From contig CAJINV010000013.1 in the NCBI GenBank assembly GCA_905178155.1, positions 2,972,158-3,036,157 on the forward strand: a stretch of DNA of 64,000 nucleotides, given 5' to 3'. The translations under genes and the position numbers were made by a program. Position 1 is the stretch's first letter; the number at the start of each line of letters is the position of its first letter. The notes beneath the pieces were generated by a model. That model made no database searches, was not told the origin of the DNA, and worked only from the letters and a program-made list of their open reading frames with translations. Source of the DNA: Amoebophrya sp. A120. Taxonomy: Eukaryota; Protista; Dinoflagellata. Below are positions 36,680-50,829 of the stretch, one piece after another.

Positions 36680-38423
36680 CCGCTTTCCGGAGAAACAACA
36701 AGCCAAGCTGAAAGGCGGACGAAAATTGTCTTCTTCTCTCTTTCGGCCCGAGCTACGTCGCCGGCGCGGGCACGCAAAAGGGCCGGCCCCAGTACGCGTG
36801 TAGCCCGTGGCTCTCGACATCCCAGCGGCACGAAAATTTCTAGAAGTAGAAGAGAACGACGCGGCCGAGAGCCTTTCAGCAAAAAAAAAGTAAAAACAAA
36901 CTCATGCAGTCTATCACTCATCTCTTTGGCCAAAGGCAAAGCGAAGCCGCGTCGCAGGTGCGGCGCCTCTTGAAACAGAAATCATTTTTTTCTTCTTATG
37001 AAACTCAAACTTCTAAACCTCAAATTTACTTTTATTCACATTGCCAGATGCAGATGAGATACCTTCTAGTATGCTCAACACTTCTACTTCAAGCAATATA
37101 GTCGGATCATTCCCCTTGGGCCAACCCTCCCAGAGATTCTTCGTGATGCCGAGAAGTCGCACAAATAGACTTTTTTGTCCAGATTGTTGGACTCCAATTA
37201 GGGCCGAAAAGAAAAAGACGCATGGTTTTGGGGGAGCTCATGCTCAATCCCATGAGGCGATGCAAGAAGCGCTTCTTTGAGCAAATAAAAACGCCGACCC
37301 CGACAAATTAGCATCAAATTGTACAGATTATTGCAGAATCAATGTTGTTGTACCAAAATCAAAGAGGGATAGATATATAAACAGCGCTACGTGTATGATT
37401 TTTTGATTTATTTAAAGCTAGAAAACGTTAAGAGATAGAGTGTAAACGACATCGAGGATTTTTTTCGGATCACGTCGTACCTAGTGCGACTGTGTTTCAA
37501 AAAATCTAAATCTCGATCGGTCGATGCACGCTGGAGTTAAAATGTTCACATCAAAAGACGCAAATCTGTAATGCAAATTTCGAAGAACCCACAGCACAAA
37601 ATCGGAACAGAACTTTTTTACAAATCGTAGATGAAAATGCAACTCAAAGAAGTCGGCGCGTAGCAGAACGAAGGAAAAGCAGGATGTTGGTCTTTCGTAT
37701 GAAATCGATCGTGCAAAAAAGATGCCGCGCAGTGCTACTAAGTGTCGTTTTCTAGAGAGTTTAAAGTGCGTTTTCAAGTATTTAGCTCTTCGAAATTGTC
37801 ATACCAGGGTCGTGTCGTGCGCTTAAAGAATTCACGGTGGGCACGGTTAGACTTTACCACTCGAGCCCGTTTGTTGACAGCTCTCGAGTACATGACCCAA
37901 AAACTGCATGACAGATTTGAAAAAGACGGCGATGATGATTTAGAGACTTGAAAAAAGAAGAAAAACAAAAACAACGCCACACGATGGGGATTCGAGTTTG
38001 AAAATAGGCTTAATGTGTTTTGATTTTTGTGTTCTGCCCTTTGTACATGACCAGTAGACAGAGCAAAGGTAAGACTCTCGAGAAGTATTCCGCTGAATTA
38101 CGATCGTCAATAGCACAAGGTTTCGGAAGACAGATCTCCTCGCATACTGCTTCGTCACGCTTTTTGCAGACGAAGGGTCGGGATCGAAGGTATCATCCGA
38201 CAAATGACGATCGGTGCTGCGTGCTACGAGTGTTGTTTCATATCCTGTGTCTGTCGTGCTGCCTGCCCTTCGTGACGAAGATAAGTAGTTGTTGTCCGTC
38301 AGTAGGGGAGCGAGCGAATAATTTAGAGGCCCATTGCTAACTCTACTCCAGCAGAGCTGCTATTTTTTTGAAACTCGAAATAACTCGTCAGAAATCCGAA
38401 TCCGAAAAAGAAAATGTGTCGAC

Positions 38424-41400
38424 ATGGTCCTCGCAAACACTCCAGAGGAACAGCGTTTCCTGCAGTCTGTCGCGCGGAATCAGCTACACGTGGCAGAACA
38501 CCTGCTGCTCGGGCCGGGCGCGTGCAGGGACGAGGAAGCCGTGAAAGACAGTGAGTTGGGTAGTTTGCCACTGCGTTCGCGGTTAATACACCAGTACGAG
38601 CCCAACAATTATACCGATGCGTTGCTCTACGCGCGGGAAGTCGAGACGGGTGCCACGGCAGCCCACATTGCGGCCGAGAACGGGTTTCCGGAGATTTTGG
38701 AGCTTGTTCTCAAAGCGGCGGCGGCGAGCGAGGAAGATTCGGCCACGAAGGATCGGGATGTTGACGATGTGACGAGCAGTGAAGACTCGGTTGTACCAGA
38801 ACACGACTCTCCCTACCCAAGGCAGGACCTCCACGGAGCGGCCAGAAAACAAACCAAAAATGAACGCAGCAAAGACGCTTCCGAACTGTGCAAGCTGCGC
38901 ACCTTCCTACACGGGGAGACGCCCTTGCATCTGGCTGCGCGGTTTGGAAACAGCGACTGCGCAAGGCTTTTACTGGACTACTTTGCAGATTCCGAAGCGA
39001 AGGACCACATTTGTCAAGACACGGCTCTGTTCTCGGCGGTGCGGTACTACGGGCGGTTTTCTGCTCCTGGTGATGTTAGGCAAGACAGCGCAGCCGAAAA
39101 TATTAAAATCGACGCCACGAAAACTGCGACCGGAGCAGAAAACAAGAACGCGATCAATATCATCACGTTGCTCCTGAACCACGACTGCTCGCTGTTCGCC
39201 AATGGCACGACGGCACTGCACCTCGCCACTGCCGTTTCTGCAAGCCGGGAGGAAATGAAGCGTCTGAAAGAGGATTCTCATGGAAACGCGGAAGTAACCG
39301 CTAGAATCCACACGAACGACACGATGGAGCTGCAGGAGGACGATCACAGAGACACAGAGATCTTCGAAGCGAGCATTGTTTTGAGTAGCTGTGACGTCGC
39401 CGAAGCTCGAGACTCTTTCTCCCCGCGACCACCGGAGGCCCCTACTAGTACCGATGACTGCAGCTTTGAGCTGCTGCGGCTTCTTCTCCGCGGCAGCCAG
39501 AGAAATAACATCGAGAACAACATCGCCGACGTGGCCGACATCACGGGGTTCGCGCCGCTGCACTACGCCGCCCGGTCAGGGGCGGTGGGAGTCATGAAAC
39601 TGCTGGTCGCGGAGTTTTTTGCGGACGTAGACGTCGCGTCAATCAGCATGACGAACTTCGAACGCGCTCGCGTGCTGAGCGTGACCAGTGCGTCGCTTAT
39701 TCCCGCCCCGAGTACAACAGCTGCGGCTGCTCGTACCAGCCAAATACTCGCGAACTCGTGGACGCCGCTGCACCTCGCCGCCATGAGCGACCAGCCCGAG
39801 GCGGTGAGACAGCTGCTGCTGCTCAAGGCGGACGCTGCGAAACGGGGCGGGGACGCGGGGAACACAGCGCTGCACCTCGCCGTGCTTTACGACTGCAGCG
39901 AGTGCATTGAAGTGTTGTGCAACGGAGGGGCGAGGACTACAGGAGGACCTGCTGTTTTCGACGCGGGTGGTATGTCGGACCGCGACAGTCTGCAGCAAAC
40001 GACAAGATGGTCGGACCATTTGATGGAAGACCACGATGGTGCACATTTCCCGCCCCGTGACGAGCTGATCGAGAGTCGGATCAGTTACTTTCAGGAGAAA
40101 GCGCGCAGGTCCTCCACCGTGCAGCAACTCCCAGTTTTGCAAAACAAAAACGGGGAGTGCGCCCTGCATCTCGCCTGCCGCAAGCCGTCCGACTCGCTCA
40201 GCGACCAGAGTCTGGACGCGCTGCTCTACGGCAGTATAATGCGGTCGAGGACCTCCGAGCGGCCAAGTGGTGTTCTTGGTCCACCACACCAAACAGCAGA
40301 ATCGCCAGCCGATGCCTGGGAAGCGTTTTACGCGGAAAAACTGAAGATGCTGCGCGTGCGGACCCGGGGGCGGAAGTGGACGCCCGTGCACATCGCGAGC
40401 TCCCGAGGGAATTTGAAATTGCTGGAAAAGATGAAAGCGTTTTGCGACTTCGTCACGACGACGAGTTGTACTGTCGAAGAGAAAGCGCCAGATCGGCCAA
40501 GTGACTCAACAAGGAGAACACATCTTCGCGATACGCAGATAGGACAAGTCGCAACGGACGAGGACTACAGTGTTGGAGCGGATGATGATCCACAAGCGAC
40601 CCGCAACGACGAGGACGAGCTCCCTGGCGATCTGCCACATCAGAACTACCTTGAGCACCCCTTCTTCGCCGAAACCCTGGCTCTTCCGGCCCGGAACGGG
40701 CAGACCGCGTTGCACATCGTTGCCGACGCGGCGACGTGCAGGTTTTTGCTGGGCTGCTTGGCGGGCTTTCCCGGGATCAAAGCGAGGATTCTGCAGGCAG
40801 TGGACACGTATCACCAGACGCCGCTGTTTGCCTTATGTCAAGATGCGGAGGTGGTGAAGGAGTTTTTTGTGAGGGAAAAGGGGAATGATGTGGTTCAGGA
40901 ACATGATGATCTCGAACAGGACGCAGATTTGGAGGAAGAATTGGAAACCTACCGGAACTTATGCGCGAGGAGAGTTTTTCATTTTCTTGCCACTACCAGC
41001 AATGTTGCCACTTCATTTTCTTGCTATTTTTTCATTTTCTTGCAATGTGTCATGGGAAGTGTGCAAAATTTGTATTTACGAGGAAGTAGTTGTAGATGTA
41101 GTTCTTGCAGTTCGTGCTCGATTTCTGTAGAAGGCCTCTTACAACTGCAAACGCATGAAACATCACAGCTCGATGGATGACGGCAAGGAATCATTTTTCA
41201 TATGTACAGAATCGTATGGGCTTTGATTTTCTGCAGCACTGCGTTATGGAGGACGCGGATGAGACGGTTCGGTTTCTGTTGCAAAAACAGATGGCCAAAC
41301 GGAGAATTCTCGTCGACGCAATTGTGAGCAGGTTTTCGGAAAAACTGCAAGAGGATCTGCTGCCCGGAATGGTGATTGTGGACGAGGACGTGCTGCAATT

Positions 41401-42232
41401 GTGTTTCCACTACGAAGAAGAAGAAGACGAGAAGAGCGAGAGCGAAATTGAAGCAGAAGGCGGAACAAAAGAATCAGATAACCAAGAGCATGTATCACGT
41501 CCTGCAGCAACTACGAATAACAAACCTCCCCGCCGCAAATCCATCACGGAAGTGATCAAAGCCCACAATACAACCGGATCCGCTTTGTCGCGACACGCCG
41601 CTCGCCGGACGAACAACGCGGACGAGCTGTCACGGATGTGGCAGCAGACCCAAAACCAGGGCCGGCGGGCGACCAAGACGCAAGAGCTATCGGCGTTCAA
41701 GTTGGCGGAGCAGTTTTCGAAGTTTGTGCTCGTGGACATATTCAAAAACGTTCTCCTGGAAGACGAGACCACGTGTAGGCCCAGGATAGAAGCAATTGGA
41801 TCTGATTTATCCGCTCAAAATTTATCTAATCCTGGAAAAGCAAAAGGTCCGAAGGAGTTGCAGTTTCTCATTTCCGTTTTTCACGAAGAGGCGACTCTGT
41901 ACCTCTCGCTGGTGAAGGTGGTGAGGAAGAGGAAACAAAATGCGACAGCAGCAGGGAATAGTGTAGTAGAAGCTGGCGGGATCATGGCGACCCGCAAAGG
42001 AACGAAGGATGGCGTTGACGATCAAACCTCCGGCGAACGTGTTCGTGAGGAGCAGGAACAGGCCACCTTGATCGGTTCGTATTTCGACTGCAGCGTCGTG
42101 TACTTGCGGTTGTGTAATCTAGACGTTGGAAAACTGCAACAGAAATCTTTCGACACAGTTTACGTGCTCCGCGCAAAGGTGACCACCGAAGTAGGGTCGT
42201 GTTGCACGGAGTTTCAGATAGGTGTGGATTAG
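38424..42232 (+). CDS. Ankyrin-repeat protein
   Basis: Repeated GATAAHIAA, GETPLHLAA, GFAPLHYAA, WTPLHLAA, GNTALHLAV, GQTALH motifs; ORFs 38334 and 41177 join in frame across about 40956-41209. Confidence 0.88.
40960..41208. mobile_element. Aged introner-like non-canonical intron (flanks GAACT/GAATC)
   Basis: Residual IR TT.CTTGCC / GGCAAG.AA; join YRNRMGFDFLQH restores an ankyrin-like repeat; CAG at the 3' end, no GT at the inferred 5' junction. Confidence 0.55.
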
Positions 42233-42794
42233 CTCAGAAAAAAGGAATACATACCGTAAAAATAGAACAACGGAGAGTACTCGCGCTCGCCACTTCTGCA
42301 AAAGAGGTTGGAATAAAGGACTAAAATTGTACTATAAGCGCGGATAAAAATGGCCGAGAAAAGGCAAGATCGAAGTCGAAGTTGATTTGGAAACGCCGGT
42401 TCTTTGCGCTCAAAACGGTCTTGACCGATCTCGTTCTCGAGCACCAGGGCTTCGAGCACCAGGTTATTCTTTTCTCGTGTTCTGCACGTTATTTATCTGG
42501 CTTCGTGGTCGTCGCGCTGCTCCTTGCCCCTTCTACCACTAGTCGTGCTTGCACTTGTTTGCTTCCCTAGCTTGATGCGGTTCATCTTGGCTTATTGCGT
42601 CCACGTTGTTTCGTGATTACAGCTTCGTTCTGGATGGTAGTTCCGTGTTTGGCTATCGAACTTCTTCAGGAAAGCGAAGCTTAAGACTACCGATCCATTT
42701 TTGTGCTACTAACTCGGACTCTCAGTAGATGCAGCATTACAGCTTTTGTACACACTTCGATTAATGCGCAGCAGCATCACAAATGTCAGAAACC

Positions 42795-45700
42795 ATGAAC
42801 AACGACTCGACTCCGTCCTCTTCCTCCCGACCGCAGCGTCGGGTTCGGAACCTCTTGGCGAGCTATCTACGCATCGCAAAGGTGATCATTTTCTATGCAG
42901 CATATGCATGACAGGCGACGGCGGATTAATCAGAGTTTGTCATGCAAAAAATGGATTCCGCTAATGCTCTGTCATGCTCGAAGTTGCACGTAGAAAATTC
43001 ACTTTTTTCCCCTCGATACTCCTACGCGATCGACGATTTTCCCAGCAGTCCGGAGAAGGAACGAGAAGCTGGAGCAGCGGCCGGGGACTACAATACCAAA
43101 ACAGCCTTGTCCGGCGGCACGGCGGGTTCCTCAGCTTCCTCCAGCCAGTACAGAAATCACGATGCGAACAATCATCGCAATGGCAAACCGTCCCAAAATC
43201 CGTTTGACGAACGTGCGTTCGATGGCCATAACTTTTCCGCGGAAGCCTGGTTCCAGAGATTGATCGCGATCTCGACGTCGAATGCCGGCCGAGGAAGTAA
43301 TAGTTACACAGGCGGGACGAGCAACACCAAGATCAGTACGAGAGGTCAACAACAGCAAAACTCTTCCTCGAAGGAACTGCTGCAACTTTCGAACAAGCTC
43401 ACGTCGAAAATTCAGCAATTGAATGCCGACATCCAGACGCACGTCTACGAGAACTATTCGAAGTTCATCCGAGCGACAGATACTATCCACGCGATGAGCA
43501 ATGTGATCAGCAGTCGGCTGATTCCGGTGGATTTGGAAGACCTGAAAAAGTCGGTGAACCGAATCAGCCTGAAACAGGAGAAAACGCTGTCTGCGGGCAT
43601 TCTGGTCGTGAATGATAAAGGAGGAGTAGACCTCCAAGCCGCAACTACGCGAATGCAGCGCAACACTACTACGACTAGCGGAGAACAACAAGTCAAAAAC
43701 CCTGGTTCAAGAACAGCGTCTCGCGACGAGGATGGAGGTGAGTGGCCTGATGTATCCAACCAGAATAACCCCTCGTTGGAGCAGCAGGCGGAGCAGATTT
43801 CGGCACTACTGCTGAAGCAGGAGAAACTGGAGAAGGTTCGCATGTTGCTGAAAGTGCCACTGGTGCTGCAGGAGTGTTTGCAGCAGCGAAACTACGGGTA
43901 CTGTGCCGAAGTGTATTGCAAGACCATTCCGATCATGCGCAAGCGCCCGGATTTGTTTCGGGAAAAGATCCAGCAAATTGACAAGATCATGCTGGACTTG
44001 TGCGGGAAGCTGGAAGCGCGACTCGGCGAGACGGCGGCGACGACGAAAGAAGCCATCAACTGCGCGCAAACGTTGATCGAACTGGGCCAGGAGAAGCAGC
44101 TGGTGGCCGACAAATTTTTACTCGGGCGAAAAAACATGCTGGAGCTCGCCGTGAAGCAGGCCTGCGCGACGACTAGTACAACCGGTGCCGCAGTTTCAAG
44201 TGCTGTCGCGGCGCAGCAAGAACCGCAGGACGAGTATCAGCGGGAAAAATCCCCCCTCCCCATATTGAACGGGTATGTTTCCGAAAATTTGTGTTGCGGA
44301 TTTGCGGCCACAAGTCACGTTCGTATTGCAAGAAGAAAGGTCAAGGGCAGAGGCTTCCGCCCCGCTATGGAAGCGATTTGTCATGCTGTTTGGCCTAAAG
44401 GGGAGCCGTTTGCCATGCTGAACCACTAGACCCATACGCCCCTCCCTAGCCTGGGGACCTGGCCGCAGTGCCTCTCTGCAATACAAAGCTGATTGGTGTA
44501 GTACGCAAATCCAGCATCAGAAACTACGTTTTTATATGGGGAGGGGGGATGTTTCCATTCGATAACGAGGAGCATTTTCGGTTGTCGGTGTCAAAGCTCC
44601 TGGATCGGTTCTGTCCGCAGCTGAAGGAAGTTTTGCAGGAGTTCTGTCACTGTTTCGACTACCCGGCATTCGCCGGCAGTGTGCGGGAGATGGTGTTGGC
44701 GGTGTTGCGACTGCTCCACGAGCAGGTCCTGCAGCTGCTCGCGGCAAACAGCATCATCAACCCAAGCACTGTAAAGACGTGTATGCAGGAACTGATCACG
44801 CTATTGGAGGTGGATGTGCTCGCTCTGACGCTCGCGACGAAAACAGGAGACAGCACAAAAGACTTGAAAAGCCTCGCGGAGGCCGTGTTCAAACAGCAAG
44901 TGAAGAAGCAGTTTGTCACGGACATTTCCCTGCTCTCCGTCGCGAAAACGTTCGAGCAAGCGGGGAAGCAAATGACCACACAGCTGGTGGCATTGCACGA
45001 GGAGCTTGTGGGCGGGAAAAGCGGAGCTGGTGCAGTTTCTAACGAGGAAGCGCTTGAGAAAATCGGTAAAACCTATAAGTATCTTCACTGTTCCTTTTCC
45101 GTATCGGAATGGTAATTGCTATTGCTTCTATGCATGTAGGAGGTTCCAGATCCAGCGAAACGGGAAACATGCATTGGAAATAAAACAACATTGATACCAG
45201 GGGCCTGCGAGCACGCGATTCTTCTCGACGGGTGTTTGTCGCTGACCGACTGCCAGCCGCTGCTTGACCTGGTCGACGGCTCGAGCACTGCGAGTCTCTT
45301 GGTAGACGCTTTGGTGAAGCACGTGAAGGAATTTTTCTTGACTTTTGGCGAAGTTTGCAAGCTGTTGTGCCGGGACAAGGGCGAGAAGACACAGTCGGAC
45401 CTTACCGTTTTGCCGGTACAGAAACTGTTTGGCGTTGCCTGTTCCTTGCTCTTTTTCAATTTATTGTCATTTCGGACCAGAAGAAGCATGCATACATCAT
45501 GAGATCAGTTCTATTTGCGCGCTGCGCAATAAATGCAGCAACAGAATGAACCTATCACCAATTCACAGCCGACCGAAATCTCTCGGATTCGGGCCCTTTC
45601 CTGGAATTCCATGTTTGCGCTCGGCCTGGTCCGCCTTGGCCGCCACTTGGAGACGCGGGGGGTGACTAAAGTTTTCAACGTGGGCGCCGATTTGTTCGGC

Positions 45701-46627
45701 AAAGACTCGACGTTCGCCCAGGCCGCGGATGACAGCGCAAACAGTGCCACCGTGGAGAAGATTTTGCAGCACAATTGCCGACAGGCAGCGGCCGAGACGC
45801 TCGCGAGAGTGGTGGAGGTAGAGGGTGCTAAATTGGCGCATTTGGTACGAGACAGTCTGTACGACTTGGAGCAGATAAGTACATTCACAACGGGTGCACC
45901 AACCGATTCGTCCAACGGCAAAGCTCCATCTTCAGCAACCACGACTAAAAACTCTGCGACGACCATTCCTGCGCAAACCATCCTCGGCCCGAGGACCGCG
46001 GTGAAGAAAGTGTTGGAGAAGATGCAAGCTTTCGAATCCCAAGTCGCGACGGCACTCGGGGACAAGAAGCGCGTGGTGGGCAGTGCGACGTCGGCCCACA
46101 ACGTGCACACGTCGACAAGAAGCTTGCTGTACAACAGCAACAGTAGTACCAACGCGATCAAAAGCAGCCATCGGGGCGGGAACCACGCCGACGACCTGGA
46201 GGTGGACGTGGAGCGGCTCCTCGCCCGGTCCACCCAGATCTACGGGCAAATCGCGTTCAACCGCGCTGCCGTGATGAGCGGGGTGATGAAGATCGTGCTC
46301 CGCGGGTTCTCCGAGTATCTGCGCCAGGTGTCCGCCATAGAGGGGGCCAAGCAAGTGCACCAAATTCAGGTTGACGTGGCCTTTCTCGCGTCGGAAGCCC
46401 TGAACAGCATGTGCGACAAGGAGGACGGCAGCATTCTAGAAGGATTGTGCAAGGAGATTCTCGCCTCCGCGTGCAGTCGCGCCGCGGCGGCTCAGGGCGG
46501 AGTTCTTGAGCAGGGGTCGTCTTCTTTTGGGGGCGGTTTGCTCGCTGGCGGTGCGCCGCTCCTGGAATCCCATGTGGTGGAGAAGATTTTGCTGGACTTC
46601 AATAACAGCGCGCAGCAGGAGCACTAG
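42795..46627 (+). CDS. VPS51: Vacuolar protein sorting 51 (GARP complex subunit)
   Basis: LNADIQTHVYENYSKFIRATDTI Vps51 motif; C-terminal EYLRQ...QIQVDVAFL. Introns at about 42864-43018 (non-canonical, boundaries uncertain), 44235-44569, 45066-45200, 45416-45568. Confidence 0.85.
44235..44564. mobile_element. Introner/MITE family C, TSD ACGAG
   Basis: ATCCCCCCTCCCCATAT / ATATGGGGAGGGGGGAT; ACGAG on both sides; frame QDEEHFRL. Confidence 0.92.
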
Positions 46628-47079
46628 CGTGGTTCTCAGATGAAAACGCAGGTGGAAGACGCGCAGACGGTATGGGGAACGTGAGACTCGAAAAAAATGA
46701 AAACAGCTTCTAGATCAGACGCAAAATCATGATTAAGGAGAATCAATCCACACGCTGGTGGCTCTTGCTGTTCCCTAATGGAGCTGTTCTGAGGATGTGG
46801 CGATCAAGCGGAGCGACGAGGCAGTGCAGAGGAGAGTGTTTTTTCATCTATGAATACAGTCCAGGAAGCCTATGGGGTGGTACTACTAGCTAGTCTTCAT
46901 GATCATTGATACTACAATGCCGGTGCAAAACAACGTTGGGAGAGTCACCGCAAGAAAAAATTTAAACTTCAATTTACCGAAAAACTGTAGTTGTTTTCGC
47001 TTGATGGCGAATCTCTCCACCGGCGTTGCTGCTACTACATGAAAAGTTACCCGATCCGACCGTTCCCATTTGGATCAAC

Positions 47080-49878
47080 ATGTTGCGAACACTAAACGCG
47101 CAGCAGCATCAGCAGCAGTTTTGCGCCGCAATAGCGCGCAGCTCGCAAGCCGTATTATCGAGTTCCGGTGCGGCATCTTCCAGCTCTTCCGCTTCCGCGC
47201 GTGCGTTCGCCACGACACGCGTAATCCAAGCCGGGATGAAAAGAACGACTCTAGTCCCTTTCATGTCTGGTCGCTCGCACAGGTGTGGGCACCGGATAAT
47301 ATCAGCGGGAACGAAATCCTCCAGAAGCGCGAAGACGCAGCGCGGACTGTTGGCCGCGCCAGGACAGCTACTTTTCAGGAATGATGTGATGAGTTCTTCC
47401 CACAACCAAATCACAAATTCACTCTTCAATCGCGCGTTTAGCACCCAGCTTCCGTCTGCAGCCACGACACCCAATCCCGCAGCGACGGAAAAAGAGAGGT
47501 TGGTCATTTTAGGTTCTGGTTGGGCCGGCTACCGTTTGCTGCAAGATGTGGACCACGAGAAGTATCAGGTCAGCGTGGTGTCGCCCAGAAACCACTTTTT
47601 GTTTACGCCACTCTTGGCGTCCGCCTCGGTTGGGGGCTCGGACATCAGCAGTATTTGCCACCCTGTGCGGCCACTAGTGGCGGAAAAGGTATAGTAAATT
47701 TACTGTGGGTGCCATGGAATTCAATGCATCACAAAGTCTCGTTCCCTCCAGCGTGTCACTCCTGCATGACAAACTAATCACACGACCGGAAAATAATACG
47801 AAATAGCTCTGCATAACCATAAGTCCACAACATACAACAGGACGGGCGCTTTTACGAAGCCAGGGCGATCTCGCTGGATAAGAAGAAGAAGATGATTCAG
47901 TGCCAAACTTTGGATGGCCGGGAGTTTCCACTTGCCTACGACAAGTTGGTGATCAGCATTGGCTTCCAGGCAAACGACTTTGGGATCAAAGACTTAGGTA
48001 TGAACATAGATCAACAACCTAGGCAAGTCAATTAAGGTTAGGTGACCATAGAATCACATGACACACGACGTCGTCGTTTCCCATGCCAAGAACGCACTGA
48101 ACAAAGAGCGCACGACTGCTGATGAAAGTTGAAACCAAAACCCCACCCCTTCCCTACACAGACCAACACGCCTTTTTCATGAAGGAGACCGCGGACGCGA
48201 AGCGCGTGCACGATCACATCCTGCGTTCCTTCGAAGAAGCCTCTTTCATTCACATGCTGGACGGGGATGAGAATGTCTCGCTGGAAGAGGAGGAGCAGAT
48301 TCGCGAGGTGCTGTCCTTTGTCGTCGTGGGCGGCGGCCCCACCGGGACGGAATTTTGCGGCGAGCTCACCGACTTTTTGAAACGGGACATTGCCGTGCAG
48401 TACCCGCATTTGTCTCCCTACTGGTCCGTTCACTTGATCGACGCTCTACCGCAAATCCTGACCCCGTTTCAGAACGCGGAGCTGCAGGCACACGCGCTGG
48501 AGCACTTGCGAGAGAAGCAGGGCGTGCAAGTACACCTGTCGCAGTTTGTGGACAAGATTGAGCACCACCGGATCTACTTGAAATCCGGCATGTCGTTTCC
48601 CTTTTCCACGCTTATTACAGTGAAAAATGCCCCCCCACCCCTAAAATTGGAAAAATTTGTGATGCGAAGTTTCCAAATGAAAACTTTTTGTCATGCATGA
48701 AATGAGTTTAAATCTTTCTGCTGCAGAATCCAGGCGTACATGGTATATCGCATCAGTTGCATGACAAGCGCCGCTCTTGCTGGGGTCTTTTGCAATACGA
48801 ATCTTTGCCATTCACGGTTGGAAACCTGTGATGCTGATAGATGCAAGAGGGCGAATGTTTCATTTGGAAAGGTTTGCAATACAAATGCTCCCAAGTTCGG
48901 GGGTGGGGGCATTTTTCATTTTGATAACGCTCGTTTGGTGTGCGGGGATCAAGCCGCTGCCCTTCGTGGCGGGCTTGGACTTGGCGAAGAACGCCAAGGG
49001 AACGCAACTGTTGACGGACGCCCAGTTGCGGGTAAAGGGCGAGGAGAAGAACGGGATCTACGCGCTGGGGGATTGTGCGTCGATTGAGGTAAGTACTGAA
49101 AAACACTAAGAATGTTTCAGAAAGGATTTGCTTTTTTCATGTGGGGAACGAGCATGTGCATGACTGAATACACCTGGTGTCTTCATGCACGCCGGGAGTG
49201 TTACAGTCACTCTCACATAAGTGAGCAATTTCTTGAATCAACGGTATTCAAAAATGATTGTAAATTCGTTCTGGTCCTCCATCAATACAACACCAGACAA
49301 TGCCGATGCCGCAGACCGCGCAGATTGCGTCGCAGGAAGCTGCTTACTTGGCGAAAGCCTTGTCTCTGGACAGCCACGAGGTGCCCAACAATTTCGAGTT
49401 CAAGGACAAGGGCACCCTCGCCTACCTCGGTGGGACCAGCGCTCTGTACCGAGTGCCGTCGAATCTTCCGGTCCCCCATCTGCGCGGGCTGCTGGGCTGG
49501 TTCACGTGGCGGAGCGCCTACTGGAGCATGCAGCTGTCCATTCGAAACAAGTATAGTGCACAAGGAACTCTTGTTCTTTCCATTTGTAGTGTATTTTCTT
49601 GTTGATGCGATCATTGATTCTGTTGAACGGGACAACAGCACAATGTGCTTGTTTTGCAATGCAGAAATAACGCCATGAAAAGGTTTATGCTGGCTTGGAA
49701 CTGGATCTCCAACTACGTTTTCGGGCGGGATCTCACCCGCGTCGGCCGCCACTCTTCGCCGGTGGAGTTTCTGCTCGACCGAAAGGTATCCTCCGGGAAG
49801 AAAAAACGCAATCCCGCAAGGTCCGTGTCCCCCGAGGCCTCCAAAGCAGATCCCATTCCGGCCAGCAAGACCGCCTGA
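47080..49878 (+). CDS. Type II (alternative) NADH:quinone oxidoreductase, mitochondrial
   Basis: LVILGSGWAG, SPRNHFLFTPLL, VVGGGPTGTEFCGEL, LVWCAG, IYALGDCA, PQTAQIASQE, WRSAY, FGRD; Arg/Ser-rich presequence; four GT-AG introns plus one introner. Confidence 0.93.
48613..48926. mobile_element. Introner/MITE family C variant, TSD ACGCT
   Basis: TGAAAAATGCCCCC / GGGGGCATTTTTCA; ACGCT on both sides; removal restores the conserved STLVWCAGI. Confidence 0.92.
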
Positions 49879-50829
49879 GGTTCGGTTCCGGGGGTTGTTG
49901 TGGTCGTTTTTCATGGGCGACCTCTGCTTTAGTTCACCGTTTGCACACACCGTTTCGACACATATGCACAGTACTTCTAGGGATGATTTTGAACAGAATT
50001 CAGAAGGTAGTTTCCGTGTTTTGTTGTGCTGGTTGTGGTATTGCCTTGACCTGCTCCTGTGTAATTACTTGTCCTTATTTGCATGATGATGAGCATGACG
50101 CCTTTGACAGCACTCCTGCCGCAGGGTGAATTTTGATAGATCGTATGATTTTCCGCGTGTGAAGACCGAAGCGGCACAAAAGAAAAGATGGAAAGAAGCC
50201 ACTCTGAACAGAAGTTCTTTTTCAGATTCCTTTGCGCCTTCTGCCCCCTGCTGAGGAAAACAGACGCTCTTGCCGTGGCATAATTTGGTTGTGATTTACT
50301 GTGGTCGTAGTCGCTTTTATCTTCCGCTTAGAATGAGAAATAAACAGGACCACGAAAAATTCAATCCAAAACCACATGAGGTTTGAGTACTTACAAAAAA
50401 CAAAGAAAAACGAAACTAGGAAAAACAGTGGACTTCTCGCATAAGTGCGCGACAGGAGTTGTTACCGGGTACATCGAGCAGTTGTTGGGTCCTATGAGGT
50501 TGCTCCTTGCTCTGAAGCTCTGTGAAGATCGCCTGCTCGTTGGCCTTGCTTTCGTGCACCCGTGTCGGCGATCAGTTCTCGGGTGCGCGAGCTTTTTTCG
50601 TTCTACATCTTGACGCTTTTCGTCACTTTCTTGTTGCTCAACTTTGCCGATGTGCCTTTGAAGGGGTTCTTTATTTGCCAACGCCAAGAAGTCGATCGCC
50701 GTACCAGACAAGATCAAAACTTCGAGAAACAAACATTGTAAAAACAAACATGACCCAAATGCTGGGTCTCGACCACGAGTAGCAACTTTCCGGCACCATC
50801 ATACTTGTTGCTATCAACAAAAATAAACC

